Origin: a virus | Lineage: Duplodnaviria; Caudoviricetes | Length of the DNA stretch: 64,000 nt | Virus record (IMG/VR): IMGVR_UViG_3300008108_003798 | Reading direction: 5' to 3' (one strand) | Part shown: positions 54,634-64,000 of the stretch, one piece after another | How the letters are laid out: every line of letters starts with the position of its first letter | How positions within the stretch are numbered: the first letter of the stretch is position 1 | The notes under the pieces: model-generated | Databases searched by the model: none | What the model was told of the DNA's origin: nothing | What the model saw: the letters and a program-made list of their open reading frames with translations, nothing else | Made by a program: the position numbers and the translations under genes

Positions 54634-55824
54634 TCAGTTTGGTGTCCAGCGATGTCTTGGAACCAACTTAACCTTACTACCAGTTGATACATAGCCTTCG
54701 CCACCTGCTTCATCACCAGTTGATGCTCGTACATCAGCAGGAGCAGAATCCAGTTGATCAATCAAATGATTCTTTGCTGCTTGAATTCTACCTACCAATT
54801 TAAAGATAGCAGTCAATCCGTCAGCATTGTTTTTGTGCATATCAAATATCTTGAGTTGCTTGGGTTGACTTATCTTGCTGGTTTTGAGCCAATTGAAAAA
54901 GCCGTTTGGATTAACTTGATTCAGTTGTTTTGCTTTTGCCATTTGATTAACAAAAGTGTAGATGATGTTTTTAAGATCACTCAATCCAGCCTGCGGTGCT
55001 AGGAAACTGTCAATGATTCTGCTGTTTGCTTTTGCAAACTTTCTAATACTATCAGTTTCGCTGTTGTCAATCTTGGGCTGGTGAGTTACGTAAGTCTGTC
55101 CTAAAACAACCACATCTCGACTGTTTAGGTTTGATACATCCTCTATAGGAGTACCATCCTTCTGTCCAAATGCAGAGTATTTGCTATGCACCACTACACC
55201 AATCTTACTAGCGCCGATTCGCTTGCCGATTTCGCTATTAGGGTCAACGGTGTAGGTAACTTTGTTAGGGGTAAATGTGTAGCCTTGTTCTGTTTTTTGT
55301 ACTGGTTTGCCTGGATGATACAGTAAGTCTCCAAACAAGTATCCTTCGAAGTTCTTGGGAAAACTTGCTTGTACAGTTCGGAATATCTCCGCCATGTCAT
55401 TGCCAAACTGTTCTCTCCAGTCTTCGCCTTTGCCTGTGCTTTTAATAAAGTTTGCAAGGTCTTCTGGGCTGGTGCTTTGATTGCGTCCCCAGCCGTTCTT
55501 GCCTGTTAATACAAATGTTCCGTCCGGCTCTCTACCAAAGTAGACAGTAGGATTGCCGTCCCACTTGATAGAAATAGATTCAGTGCCGCCAGCCATGCGA
55601 TCCAGTATGTCTGCTGCTTCTATTGCACCAGCAGCACCATCTACAAATACAAGATCTTCCAAGTGTTGATATTCTCTACCAACCTTGGCTTCTTCGTTGA
55701 TACTTTCGTTTTTCTTTCTTCCAGCACAATGAGCACGTTGACTAAAACCTTTTGGGTTGCTGCAATCGATGCTGCGTTTATACTTTTGGCTCCACGCTTC
55801 TGTTACTATCTCTTGATATCTCAT
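54634..55824 (-). CDS. ligase-like covalent nucleotidyltransferase-fold protein
   Basis: HLEDLVF, IKWDG (KxDG motif I), EGYV (motif IV) and KLV (motif V). Confidence 0.6.
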   Translation of the reverse strand: MRYQEIVTEAWSQKYKRSIDCSNPKGFSQRAHCAGRKKNESINEEAKVGREYQHLEDLVFVDGAAGAIEAADILDRMAGGTESISIKWDGNPTVYFGREPDGTFVLTGKNGWGRNQSTSPEDLANFIKSTGKGEDWREQFGNDMAEIFRTVQASFPKNFEGYLFGDLLYHPGKPVQKTEQGYTFTPNKVTYTVDPNSEIGKRIGASKIGVVVHSKYSAFGQKDGTPIEDVSNLNSRDVVVLGQTYVTHQPKIDNSETDSIRKFAKANSRIIDSFLAPQAGLSDLKNIIYTFVNQMAKAKQLNQVNPNGFFNWLKTSKISQPKQLKIFDMHKNNADGLTAIFKLVGRIQAAKNHLIDQLDSAPADVRASTGDEAGGEGYVSTGSKVKLVPRHRWTPN

Positions 55825-56564
55825 TGCATCAACCTTGCCGTTAATTCCTTAATTCTATTAAGGTGCTTGTCATCTAAAGTTTCCGTAGGCTGTACTTCTT
55901 TCCATGCTGGATCGGCTCTTAGACCAGATAAGAATTGATCTCCGTTAGGACCAAGTGCTGCAACAATGGCTTCTACTGAACCTAGGTCTTTTGCAGATGC
56001 ATTTGGTCCTATCAGTATCTTGGCAATTTCATCTATGTCTGTTGATACTATACTATCATCTGCTCTGTTTAGCAACCCCTTAAACGCACTCCACTTCATG
56101 TCTTTTTCTTTGGCCAATTTAGCCATTGCTAACTGCTTGTTCAATCCTTTATACGGACTGCCTTTAGGAATATTGTGTATGTGAAATTTACTAACTGCTT
56201 CGCTGTTGGGTACTAACATCAAGTCAACTTGATGAGCAGTATTGCCAGCCGGAACTTTTACGTGTACGTTTATGCCAATAACTTTTGTTTCGAAACCTGC
56301 ACGTTTGAATAAGTCTTCTAGTGCTTTTTTGGTGGGTAGAGGCTTGTCTGTGCCCAATGCTGTCATTACAGCATCCTGATCTACAATAATATCTAAATCG
56401 CCACTCTTCTTTCCAGGTGTTGGTGTGGCTCCAGAACCAATTGGATAACCTTTGATCTTTATATTGTCTAGAACTGAGTTAACGGCCTTTGTTAGTTGCG
56501 GAATAACTGCATGATCAAAGTCTGATGTTCCGTCAAAAACATTGCCACCTTCGTTGAGTTTCAT
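55821..56564 (-). CDS. pol-beta superfamily nucleotidyltransferase
   Basis: IGSG....KKSGDLD, HQVDLM. Confidence 0.7.
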   Translation of the reverse strand: MKLNEGGNVFDGTSDFDHAVIPQLTKAVNSVLDNIKIKGYPIGSGATPTPGKKSGDLDIIVDQDAVMTALGTDKPLPTKKALEDLFKRAGFETKVIGINVHVKVPAGNTAHQVDLMLVPNSEAVSKFHIHNIPKGSPYKGLNKQLAMAKLAKEKDMKWSAFKGLLNRADDSIVSTDIDEIAKILIGPNASAKDLGSVEAIVAALGPNGDQFLSGLRADPAWKEVQPTETLDDKHLNRIKELTARLMQ

Positions 56565-56815
56565 TTCTTTTTACTTTCGATGATCTTGTCCACTCCGGTC
56601 TTGAACTTTTGTGGATTGGCACTGCGAATAGCATTGATAAATCTACGTTCTAGATCTACGGCAGTGTCTTCTGGATAACTCTCGTGTATTTTTGTTAATA
56701 AATTGATTGCTGATTCTATAATATTATTGCCAGTTGTCTGAATAAATGCATCAGCATAGTCCTTGCGGCCTACACTGGATAGTTCTTCTAAAATACCACG
56801 AGTTCTTTTTTTCAT
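56561..56815 (-). CDS. conserved phage hypothetical protein
   Basis: MKKRTRGILEEL..IIESAINL..LERRFINAIR. Confidence 0.7.
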   Translation of the reverse strand: MKKRTRGILEELSSVGRKDYADAFIQTTGNNIIESAINLLTKIHESYPEDTAVDLERRFINAIRSANPQKFKTGVDKIIESKKK

Positions 56816-56880
56816 TTTATCGATCCTTGTAGTATTTAGTTACCTTTGCATATAAATATCTAGATAAGTGAGGGCAAACT

Positions 56881-57183
56881 ATGTGGGAAATAATTGATAA
56901 AATGTTTGGCGATACATTGTGGATTTACACAAGTATTGCTGGTAGTATTATAGGTGCAATAGTACTTGCATATCTAAGCACTACTAGAATCGGATTGTGG
57001 GGTTATGCACACTTTGATCGTATTGTGGATTATCTAGTAGAACACTGGGGATTAAAATGGTTAGAACAACCAGAAGACGCATGGCGAAAAAAATATCCAA
57101 AAATAACAGCTAAAATTGACGCAATTGAACAGCGTCTAGATCAACTTGAGGGCAAAAAAAATGATAAAGGATCTAAATTTTAA
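56881..57183 (+). CDS. membrane protein
   Basis: TM segment; GAGG RBS; TATAAATA at about 56851. Confidence 0.7.
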   Translation: MWEIIDKMFGDTLWIYTSIAGSIIGAIVLAYLSTTRIGLWGYAHFDRIVDYLVEHWGLKWLEQPEDAWRKKYPKITAKIDAIEQRLDQLEGKKNDKGSKF

Positions 57184-57925
57184 AGAGCGTAGCCTCTTAT
57201 TCGCTAGACTATCTGCCATTGCATATGGCAATCTCAAAGAAGTAAAAAAGCAAGCCAAAGAATTGGGCTTCACTACTGTAGAATTTTACAATAAAGACGG
57301 CGCACAAGCCTACCGTTTCCAAAACAAAAATGATCTAGTTATTGCATGTAGAGGTACAGAACCCACTTGCTTCAACGACATCAAAGCAGATTTAAAAGCA
57401 ATACCTGTTATAGCAGAAACAGTCAGTCGTGTACACAGAGGATTCAAACGAGAAGTTGACGATCTTTGGCCTATGGTTGTCGAAGACCTATCGGCCAAAC
57501 GTGCCGAGCAATCGCTTTGGTTCACTGGACACAGTCTTGGTGCTGCAATGGCAACCATTATGGCCAGCCGTTGTTTGTATTGCGAGGAACTACCTGATCC
57601 TGTAGAACTCTACACATTTGGTTCACCGCGTGTAGGTTGGAAGGGTTATGTTGTTCATCTTGGTGTCGAACATCACCGTTGGGTAAACAACAATGATGTT
57701 GTTACTCGTGTACCATTAAATATCATGGGCTATCGTCATCACGGTACAGAACACTATATGAACGCCTATGGACAGGTACGAAAGAACACAGGATGGCAGC
57801 GTGTAAAGGATCGTTGGCGCGGTATGTGGATGGGTATTAAGAAAGGTAGTATTGATAACTTTTCAGATCACTCAATGTCAAACTATATTGCCAATATAGA
57901 AGCATGGAACAAGGAGCAGGATTAA
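57161..57925 (+). CDS. class 3 lipase (alpha/beta hydrolase)
   Basis: IACRGTE, VHRGF, TGHSLGAA, TFGSPRVG, NNNDVVTRVP, DHSM. Confidence 0.92.
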   Translation: MIKDLNFKERSLLFARLSAIAYGNLKEVKKQAKELGFTTVEFYNKDGAQAYRFQNKNDLVIACRGTEPTCFNDIKADLKAIPVIAETVSRVHRGFKREVDDLWPMVVEDLSAKRAEQSLWFTGHSLGAAMATIMASRCLYCEELPDPVELYTFGSPRVGWKGYVVHLGVEHHRWVNNNDVVTRVPLNIMGYRHHGTEHYMNAYGQVRKNTGWQRVKDRWRGMWMGIKKGSIDNFSDHSMSNYIANIEAWNKEQD

Positions 57926-57936
57926 TCCTGCTCCTT
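57911..57936. terminator. bidirectional hairpin between convergent genes
   Basis: AAGGAGCAGG-ATTAAT-CCTGCTCCTT. Confidence 0.65.
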
Positions 57937-57947
57937 GAGTATTTCGA

Positions 57948-58910
57948 TTACTTGTTAGCCCACTCTGCTTGAGTTGCTGCAAGTTCTGGATCTGGAACAA
58001 GACCGTATTGTGCTAGAGCACCGTCTGAGCCTGCCATTTCATCACTTACGAAGAATTGTACGTATTCTTTCAGTCCTGGGATTACTTCAAGGTGTGCATC
58101 CTTGACATAGAAGTAAAGCGGACGGCTGATTGGATAATCGCCACTTGAGATTGTTTCTACGCTGGGGAATACGCCGCTTACTGTAGCAACTTCTAGCTTG
58201 TCAGTGTTGTTCTGATAGAAACTAAGACCAAACACACCCAGTGCTGTATTATTCGCTGCAAGACGTGCAAGTGTCTCAGTGTAGTCGCCGTCGATATCAA
58301 TTGCTGCGCCATCAGTGCGAACCTTAACACAAGCCTTCTTCTGATCGTCGTCTAGTTTTTCAACACCTAGTGCTTCTTTACAACCTGCTTCCATAACCTT
58401 TACATCAAACACTTCTCTAGTGCCGTGCTTGGTACCTGGAATATAAGCAAGAATCTCTACCGCTGGTAGAGCAGGATCAACATCACTCCATAGTTTTGCA
58501 GTGCTGTCTGCGTGTAGTGCAGTGTACAGTTGAACTACAGTCAAGTCATCAATGTTGAGTTGATCAATGTTAGATGCAAATACAATGCCATCGTAACCAA
58601 TTCTAACTTCTGTAATAGGACCAACAACTTCTTCGCACTTGGCCCATTCTTCTTCTTTCATCTTTGAACTGCTGTTTGCAATGTCAACAGTGTTTTCACC
58701 AACGCCTTCGCATAATTTCTTACGGCCAGCGCCTGAACCACCGCCTTCAACTACTGGCGACGGAAATTCAAAATTTTCTCCAAATGCTTCAGCAACAATG
58801 GTTGCATATGGTAGAACTGTAGATGAACCAGTAACTTGAACATTGTCTCTTGCAAGTGCTGGTGTGGATAGTACTAGGGCTGCAACGGCAGCGATAGCAA
58901 ATGAACGCAT
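57948..58910 (-). CDS. pstS: phosphate ABC transporter substrate-binding protein
   Basis: Signal peptide; VTGSSTVLP, GGGSGAG, DIANSS, GYDGIV, PG..HGTREVF, YPISRPLYFY. Confidence 0.92.
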   Translation of the reverse strand: MRSFAIAAVAALVLSTPALARDNVQVTGSSTVLPYATIVAEAFGENFEFPSPVVEGGGSGAGRKKLCEGVGENTVDIANSSSKMKEEEWAKCEEVVGPITEVRIGYDGIVFASNIDQLNIDDLTVVQLYTALHADSTAKLWSDVDPALPAVEILAYIPGTKHGTREVFDVKVMEAGCKEALGVEKLDDDQKKACVKVRTDGAAIDIDGDYTETLARLAANNTALGVFGLSFYQNNTDKLEVATVSGVFPSVETISSGDYPISRPLYFYVKDAHLEVIPGLKEYVQFFVSDEMAGSDGALAQYGLVPDPELAATQAEWANK

Positions 58911-58987
58911 ATATGTCTCCTTCTGTGCGTATAGTGCATAGGTCTCTCCTATACAAAACTATATAGTCGTTAGTATAACAAAAAATT

Positions 58988-59030
58988 GTAACAGATTTAT
59001 GAAATTCTACTGTTGTTACAAAAATTTCAT
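58988..59030. promoter_or_regulatory. two divergent candidate Pho boxes
   Basis: Minus: ATTTCAT-AAAT-CTGTTAC (59005..58988); plus: TTGTTAC-AAAA-ATTTCAT (59013..59030); 11-bp periodicity. Confidence 0.55.
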
Positions 59031-59136
59031 ATTTCTAGGTATGCACGAACTGCATATCGGAATTGCACAAATCACGCTTGATTTTGTCAAGTATTAGCAC
59101 TAAATATGTAAGATACAGAAACACAGGAAGAGAAAA

Positions 59137-59304
59137 ATGTTAACACTAAAACTATTTGACGGTTGGGTTCGTAGCCTTGCTCCACGTCCAGCAGACAAAG
59201 ACCTAGAAACTTGGGCTCGTATAGAATACAAAAAAGATTCTACATTTGCCTATCATCATATGAAAGAATTTGGCGTGGCTCCTAGTATGGGAGCAACAGA
59301 ATGA
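59137..59304 (+). CDS. 55-aa microprotein
   Basis: AGGA RBS; LETWARIEYKKD..FAY. Confidence 0.6.
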   Translation: MLTLKLFDGWVRSLAPRPADKDLETWARIEYKKDSTFAYHHMKEFGVAPSMGATE

Positions 59305-59459
59305 TCGCAAAATTTAAAACTTGGCTTGTTCGTCATAAAACCTATAAGCAAACTCTAAGAGAGTTAAATTCGCTTAACTATCATCAGTTACGCGATCTTG
59401 GACTTTCGCCAGACATGATTCCAGTTATTGCCAGTGAAGCAGCATATGGAATACGATAA
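59301..59459 (+). CDS. DUF1127 (YjiS-like) microprotein
   Basis: KTYKQTLRELNSLNYHQLRDLGLS; ATGA and TAATG overlaps. Confidence 0.75.
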   Translation: MIAKFKTWLVRHKTYKQTLRELNSLNYHQLRDLGLSPDMIPVIASEAAYGIR

Positions 59460-59650
59460 TGTTGGGTACAGTAATGCTTAAAAACATGTTCAAAGATTTG
59501 CTCAATACTCGCACTGAAAAACAATTTGTAGAAGAGTATCTAGCAGACAGCATCAGTTTAGAAGACCTAGAACGCAGACAGCGTTCAATCAGCAGAGGTG
59601 AAGCACCTTGGCAACTAAGAGCAAATCAAAATTTAAAAGGATGGATATAA
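59459..59650 (+). CDS. DUF3563-like microprotein
   Basis: EEYLADSISLEDLERRQR. Confidence 0.55.
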   Translation: MLGTVMLKNMFKDLLNTRTEKQFVEEYLADSISLEDLERRQRSISRGEAPWQLRANQNLKGWI

Positions 59651-59711
59651 TGTTAGACCCAGATCACAGTTATCTTCGCGACAAGAACGAAAAGAAAGCA
59701 GGCGGCAAGTA

Positions 59712-59831
59712 ATGTGGCAACGCATTATTAACTTATTTGAACGCACAGGTCGTGCTAGAGCCGCTGCCGAACTAGCACGTCAAGGACATCATGATCTTGC
59801 TCGTAAGATCATGCTAGGAGAAAATCTATGA
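59712..59831 (+). CDS. 39-aa microprotein
   Basis: MWQRIINLFERTGRARAAAELARQGHHDLARKIML; TAATG coupling. Confidence 0.6.
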   Translation: MWQRIINLFERTGRARAAAELARQGHHDLARKIMLGENL

Positions 59832-59946
59832 GTCATATTCCATACTACGGCGAAGATACTTCAAAAAAAGAATCTAAACCCGTTGACAAACAATAAATAA
59901 TCAACTATATTAACAATATAGCAAACACAGACACAGGAGAAAACAA

Positions 59947-60255
59947 ATGAACGATTACGCAAAACAAATGCAGGAAGCCGCTGCGACATTCGGCGAACAA
60001 CTAAAGGCAGCAATGCCCAAAGTTACTTTTAATAAAAATGGATACGAAATTCGAGCCCAAGTTTTAGAAATGGCGCAAGGCCAAGTTTGGCAAGACTTCC
60101 ACGCTAGGTTAGGTGCCTTCGAAGCATCAGTTGCCAAAGATGGTAAAGAAGTTGTTACCAAAGTAGAAATGCCAAAAGTACCGGGTGCCGACGAAGTATT
60201 GGCTGCGGCAGAAAAGTTTTATAACTTTGTAAACGGTAAGACTGACACTAAATAA
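59947..60255 (+). CDS. conserved phage hypothetical protein
   Basis: NKNGYEIR..VLEMA...AEKFY.FV; AGGAG RBS. Confidence 0.7.
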   Translation: MNDYAKQMQEAAATFGEQLKAAMPKVTFNKNGYEIRAQVLEMAQGQVWQDFHARLGAFEASVAKDGKEVVTKVEMPKVPGADEVLAAAEKFYNFVNGKTDTK

Positions 60256-60317
60256 ACTATATTTTTAATCTTATAAAAAAGAGGGCATAGCCCGTTTATT
60301 ATATTAATCAAAAGCAG

Positions 60318-60371
60318 CCCCTGTTAGCAAAAACACACACTTGTTTAGATCGAGTGTAACGCTAACAGGGG
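60318..60371. terminator. long hairpin between convergent genes
   Basis: CCCCTGTTAGC...GCTAACAGGGG arms. Confidence 0.55.
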
Positions 60372-60378
60372 TTAATCT

Positions 60379-63300
60379 TTATCTACGCTTAAAGTGATAG
60401 TCACCATCGGGGCCATAGTTTGTAAACTGTGCTACCAACTCAAATCCTATGCTGTGCATATATTCAAACACAGTTTCTCTTAGAGGCGCACCTTTATTAT
60501 ATTCAACGCTTTGCAGTTCTAGTATAACATGTTCTACAGTTTCTAACACTTCTGCTGCACCACGCAGTACATCGAGTTCTGCGCCCTGTACATCCATTTT
60601 TAACAGTTCAGGCTCGGGCAACTGTTTTAATCTATGCACTGCATCCAGTGTTACTGTTTGATAAGTGCGCTTGTGTGTTTCATTAAAGTAAAATGCACTG
60701 TTGGCATTGATGTCACTGTTTTCAATATAATAACTGTTGCCGCCAGGGTGCCAATCATTCTGATAGAACTCTACAGTTTTGCCACTCTCATCACTTAGTA
60801 CGCCAACATGATACATCATGTTGTTTTCTTTGTAAAGAAACTCACAACTGGGCATGGCTTCAAATGCTATAACAGTACTGTCTGGCCAAATCTGTTTTGC
60901 TTCGTTGGTCCAATGCAGTACACATGCACCTACATCGTAAATAGTTTTTGGAGTAAATCCTCCATCCTTTAATTGTTGCAAATAATCTACATGCGGTTTT
61001 GGTAACAATCTCTGCGAACTTAGATCTCTCAATCGTAGTTCTATACTGTTGTCTATAGCAGGTATTGAATCGTCTACGGTAAACTCGCCCTGACCTATGT
61101 GTCTACACTTAATAGCAGTGTCGGCGTAGATCTTAAATCCTTTCTTAAGTGCTTTGGCACAGAAGTCTACATCTTCACTAATAGTATTGGCGTGATTCAG
61201 TGCGCTGTGATAAACAAAGTGTGGATAGGGTATTGCTTGAAACACAGACTTTTTAATTAGTACACATCCAAAGCCACAGCCGTTAATGGGCACAAGTCCG
61301 CGGTCTTTGATTTTACCGTAAGGTATGTTGCTAACACCGCCTCGGTCATTGTTTTCGTATATTTCTAAAGTGTGCTGCCCTGGCTTGCGTTGTATGTACA
61401 AGCCGCTGACCATGTCAACGTCATGTGATAAAAATCTTCTCAGTGTGTCTCTTGGTAGTACAATGTCGCTGTCTACACTCAGTAGATAGTCATATCCTTT
61501 GACTACCCAGTCTGCAATTAGATTTCGTATTTGATCTATGTTATAACCATAGAAGTATTGAAACACTGTCTGATAGCCTTCTGGAACGTCCAGATCGTAT
61601 ATACTCTTGAAGGTTTCCGGTTCTATATACTTGGCTGTGGGTATCGCTATCAGGATCTTTTTTTTTTGTTGATTCATGTTGACAATCTCTCTTGCATTTT
61701 TGTTCTGTTCTGTGCTGTTTACTTTGTAATCATTAAGTGGATTAACGTCATTGTAGTTTACCATTATGTCTTGTACTGCCTGTACACTGTTAGGATCAGC
61801 CTGCTCTATCAATGCATAGAATACACTGCCATCGCCACCGGCGCCGTACCATTCGCCCTTGTTATCTTTGAACAGTGTGTCATCTACGCTGTCTATTAGA
61901 CTTTTTCTAAATGTTCTTAGATGTGTATAGGGCAGTATCCAGTTGAAATGGTGTGTTCTATATGCTCGTGTTTCTTTGATGTGCTGTGGATATTCCTGTG
62001 CTATCAAAGGAATGTTGTCTGCTATGCTCCAACAACTGCCATAGGTAAACTCTGCTCCGTCTAGGTATCGATCGTTGTAGTAGTGAAATATGCTGTTGTC
62101 ATTGGTTAAACTGTCATCGCCATCCAGTAGCATGACAATGCTGTCTGTTTCTAAACTTCTAACAGTTTCAATTTGATTTCTCACTGCACCGTAGTGACCA
62201 GTTCTCTTTACAATTTTGAACTTGCTTTGTATATGTTCAGGCAAAGATGCAATAGTCTGTTCTATTACAGCAACGCTTTGATCTGTAGAACAGTCATCAA
62301 TCAGCGTGTGTTCCCAGTTGTCATAGTCCTGTGCAGCAACACTGAGTATGTGATTTTCTAAGTAGTGTTCTGCATTATAGAAAGGACTTACAATCTCTAT
62401 CTTCTGCTGTGGATAACTGGCTGTGTGCGACATTTCACAAGGATTGGTATAGCGTCTTTTCCATATCTTGTGTATGCGTTGATTTATTTTTTGCACTGCT
62501 CTGTATTCATCCACAGGTAGATGCTGTTTTAATTTGTAATAGAAATGCTGTTTCCACTGTAGAGCCACTGTGTCCCAACCTACTACGTCTTTTATTATAT
62601 TACAATAGTTTTGTTTTTGTTGATGTAGATATCGGTCACGATATGCCTGTACAGTTGTAGCAACAAACTTTTCAATCTGTTGTGGCGAGTCGATATTAGG
62701 AAACAGATTGTTTGGCACTACAGAATAATCAATCACGTAGCAGGCTTCGGCTAGTGCTATTTCTTCCAGTGCTCCGAATCTGCAGGTTATCAACGGTGTG
62801 TTGTAGCAGAGGCTTTCCACTGAACTGATACCAAACGTTTCTGGAAACGCACTTGGATAGATCATAAAGCTAGATTTTTGAAGTATGTGTGCAATAGACT
62901 TTTGTGATATGACACCTGTAAACTCTATGTCCAACTGTTGGTTTACAGTATCGTTAGCCATAACATGCCAATCCTGTTCCTGTTGATCAGGAGCACTGCT
63001 TTTGCCAAATCTATAGTATCCGCCTATTATTTTTAGTTTAGCATTGGGCAACTGTTGTTTGACTCTGGGCCAAATTTCTTTAACCAAGGGTACCATGCCT
63101 TTGGTAACACTGGCGTTGTATACAAACAGATCAGGGTCTTTGCTTTTTAGGTCCGTCTGCGTATCGTAGATGTTAACGCCGTTTCTAGTTATAAAAACTT
63201 TGGGTTTAAGCACTTCGAAGTTGCGTCTTGCACCGTGATCACAGTTGGTAATATAGGTTAGATGCCAGTCGCTCAGTGTAAAGATGTCTGTGATTCTGTT

Positions 63301-63729
63301 TTCAGTTGCAAGTTTTTCTATCAGCGAATCTCCTAAACAGAATGTGTCGTGCATCCACAGTATTCTCATTTTGGCTTTGCTGAGTATTCTGTTGTAGAGA
63401 TCAATCTGTTGAAATGGTACTGCTCTGTTGTCTCTCATCTGTGGATAGTCTTTGGGATCGGTGAAAGGTATTACAGTTCTTGAACTGATTACAATATCAA
63501 ATTCCCAGTCTTTGGCTAGATCTCTTGTGGGTCTGTAGACAACGCCGTTGTATGTGCCAGGCTGTGTGTCTTCTGAATCACAGTTGTTGAATACTGTTAC
63601 ACCAAAACCCAGTTTGGCCAGTTGTTCGCTGACGAAAGTAACAGCACTTTCTGAGCCACCCAGTCCTTGTTTGTATACTGTTGTGCCATCATAGGGTATA
63701 CCAATGATGTCTATGATTGCTATCTTCAT
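60379..63729 (-). CDS. fused GT4-GT2-GT2-like glycosyltransferase with FkbM methyltransferase domain
   Basis: GLGGSE..YPSAFPETFGISSVE (GT4); SPFYNA..IDDCSTD..LDGDD (GT2); IAIPT..SVDSD..GCGFG (GT-A); YDVGAC..KMDVQGAE (FkbM). Confidence 0.88.
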   Translation of the reverse strand: MKIAIIDIIGIPYDGTTVYKQGLGGSESAVTFVSEQLAKLGFGVTVFNNCDSEDTQPGTYNGVVYRPTRDLAKDWEFDIVISSRTVIPFTDPKDYPQMRDNRAVPFQQIDLYNRILSKAKMRILWMHDTFCLGDSLIEKLATENRITDIFTLSDWHLTYITNCDHGARRNFEVLKPKVFITRNGVNIYDTQTDLKSKDPDLFVYNASVTKGMVPLVKEIWPRVKQQLPNAKLKIIGGYYRFGKSSAPDQQEQDWHVMANDTVNQQLDIEFTGVISQKSIAHILQKSSFMIYPSAFPETFGISSVESLCYNTPLITCRFGALEEIALAEACYVIDYSVVPNNLFPNIDSPQQIEKFVATTVQAYRDRYLHQQKQNYCNIIKDVVGWDTVALQWKQHFYYKLKQHLPVDEYRAVQKINQRIHKIWKRRYTNPCEMSHTASYPQQKIEIVSPFYNAEHYLENHILSVAAQDYDNWEHTLIDDCSTDQSVAVIEQTIASLPEHIQSKFKIVKRTGHYGAVRNQIETVRSLETDSIVMLLDGDDSLTNDNSIFHYYNDRYLDGAEFTYGSCWSIADNIPLIAQEYPQHIKETRAYRTHHFNWILPYTHLRTFRKSLIDSVDDTLFKDNKGEWYGAGGDGSVFYALIEQADPNSVQAVQDIMVNYNDVNPLNDYKVNSTEQNKNAREIVNMNQQKKKILIAIPTAKYIEPETFKSIYDLDVPEGYQTVFQYFYGYNIDQIRNLIADWVVKGYDYLLSVDSDIVLPRDTLRRFLSHDVDMVSGLYIQRKPGQHTLEIYENNDRGGVSNIPYGKIKDRGLVPINGCGFGCVLIKKSVFQAIPYPHFVYHSALNHANTISEDVDFCAKALKKGFKIYADTAIKCRHIGQGEFTVDDSIPAIDNSIELRLRDLSSQRLLPKPHVDYLQQLKDGGFTPKTIYDVGACVLHWTNEAKQIWPDSTVIAFEAMPSCEFLYKENNMMYHVGVLSDESGKTVEFYQNDWHPGGNSYYIENSDINANSAFYFNETHKRTYQTVTLDAVHRLKQLPEPELLKMDVQGAELDVLRGAAEVLETVEHVILELQSVEYNKGAPLRETVFEYMHSIGFELVAQFTNYGPDGDYHFKRR

Positions 63730-64000
63730 AACTGTAATTATCTAGCATTTTTTAGACAGCCAATTATTACGATTTTATCCTGCCCACCTTTCTAAAAACG
63801 TGAGCGGCACCGGAGCAGGTAGGTTAAAATTTGTTATACTTACAAAATCAACTGAAACAAAAACCTTGCCAGATAGTATCGTAGATTCTTCTATTCCACG
63901 GCTAAAAATGTATATGTCGTCTACAGTTAGCAGTGTTATTTCAAGCATGTGAGTAACAACTGATAGATCTATTATGTTAAGATCTGTAAGACTAGTAAAT

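Noticed and set aside
59078-59090. FNR/FnrL box TTGATTTTGTCAA
   Set aside because: Spacing is one base short of TTGA-N6-TCAA.
63775-63999. Open minus-strand frame at the window end
   Set aside because: No start in the window and no recognisable motif; cannot support a call.

Overview
This window is a 64 kb segment of a large lytic dsDNA tailed phage. It is mostly minus-strand, roughly 40% GC by eye, and has host-type TTGACA-N17-TATAxT promoters, T4-like TATAAATA late-promoter motifs, a PAAR gene and nrdAB/grx. The host is very probably an alphaproteobacterium, likely Rhodobacteraceae. Four signals point there: a circularly permuted two-piece tmRNA, a tRNA-His with no G-1 and A73, a Rhodobacter-type porin and FdsA, and DUF1127-like microproteins. 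Main contents are a 12-tRNA array, translation and proteostasis genes (PTH2-like, tilS, infA, rpsU, clpS, hsp20, tmRNA), a csgF-csgG-curlin-FecR-beta-barrel-CHASE2 adenylate cyclase locus, heme oxygenase plus a pcyX-like bilin reductase, guaC, ornithine decarboxylase, pstS, a methyltransferase/nuclease cluster and probable head-internal proteins. The four most striking observations are: (1) a textbook-geometry ribosome-mediated attenuator upstream of the tRNA array, whose 30-codon leader peptide is built from the codons the array decodes; (2) an intact, high-GC orphan molybdoenzyme formate dehydrogenase alpha subunit containing a phage-like codon patch; (3) a membrane-protein ORF filling the intervening segment of the two-piece tmRNA; (4) an apparent trans-envelope cAMP signalling cassette linked to curli export genes. 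All product calls come from motif recognition only; no searches were run.
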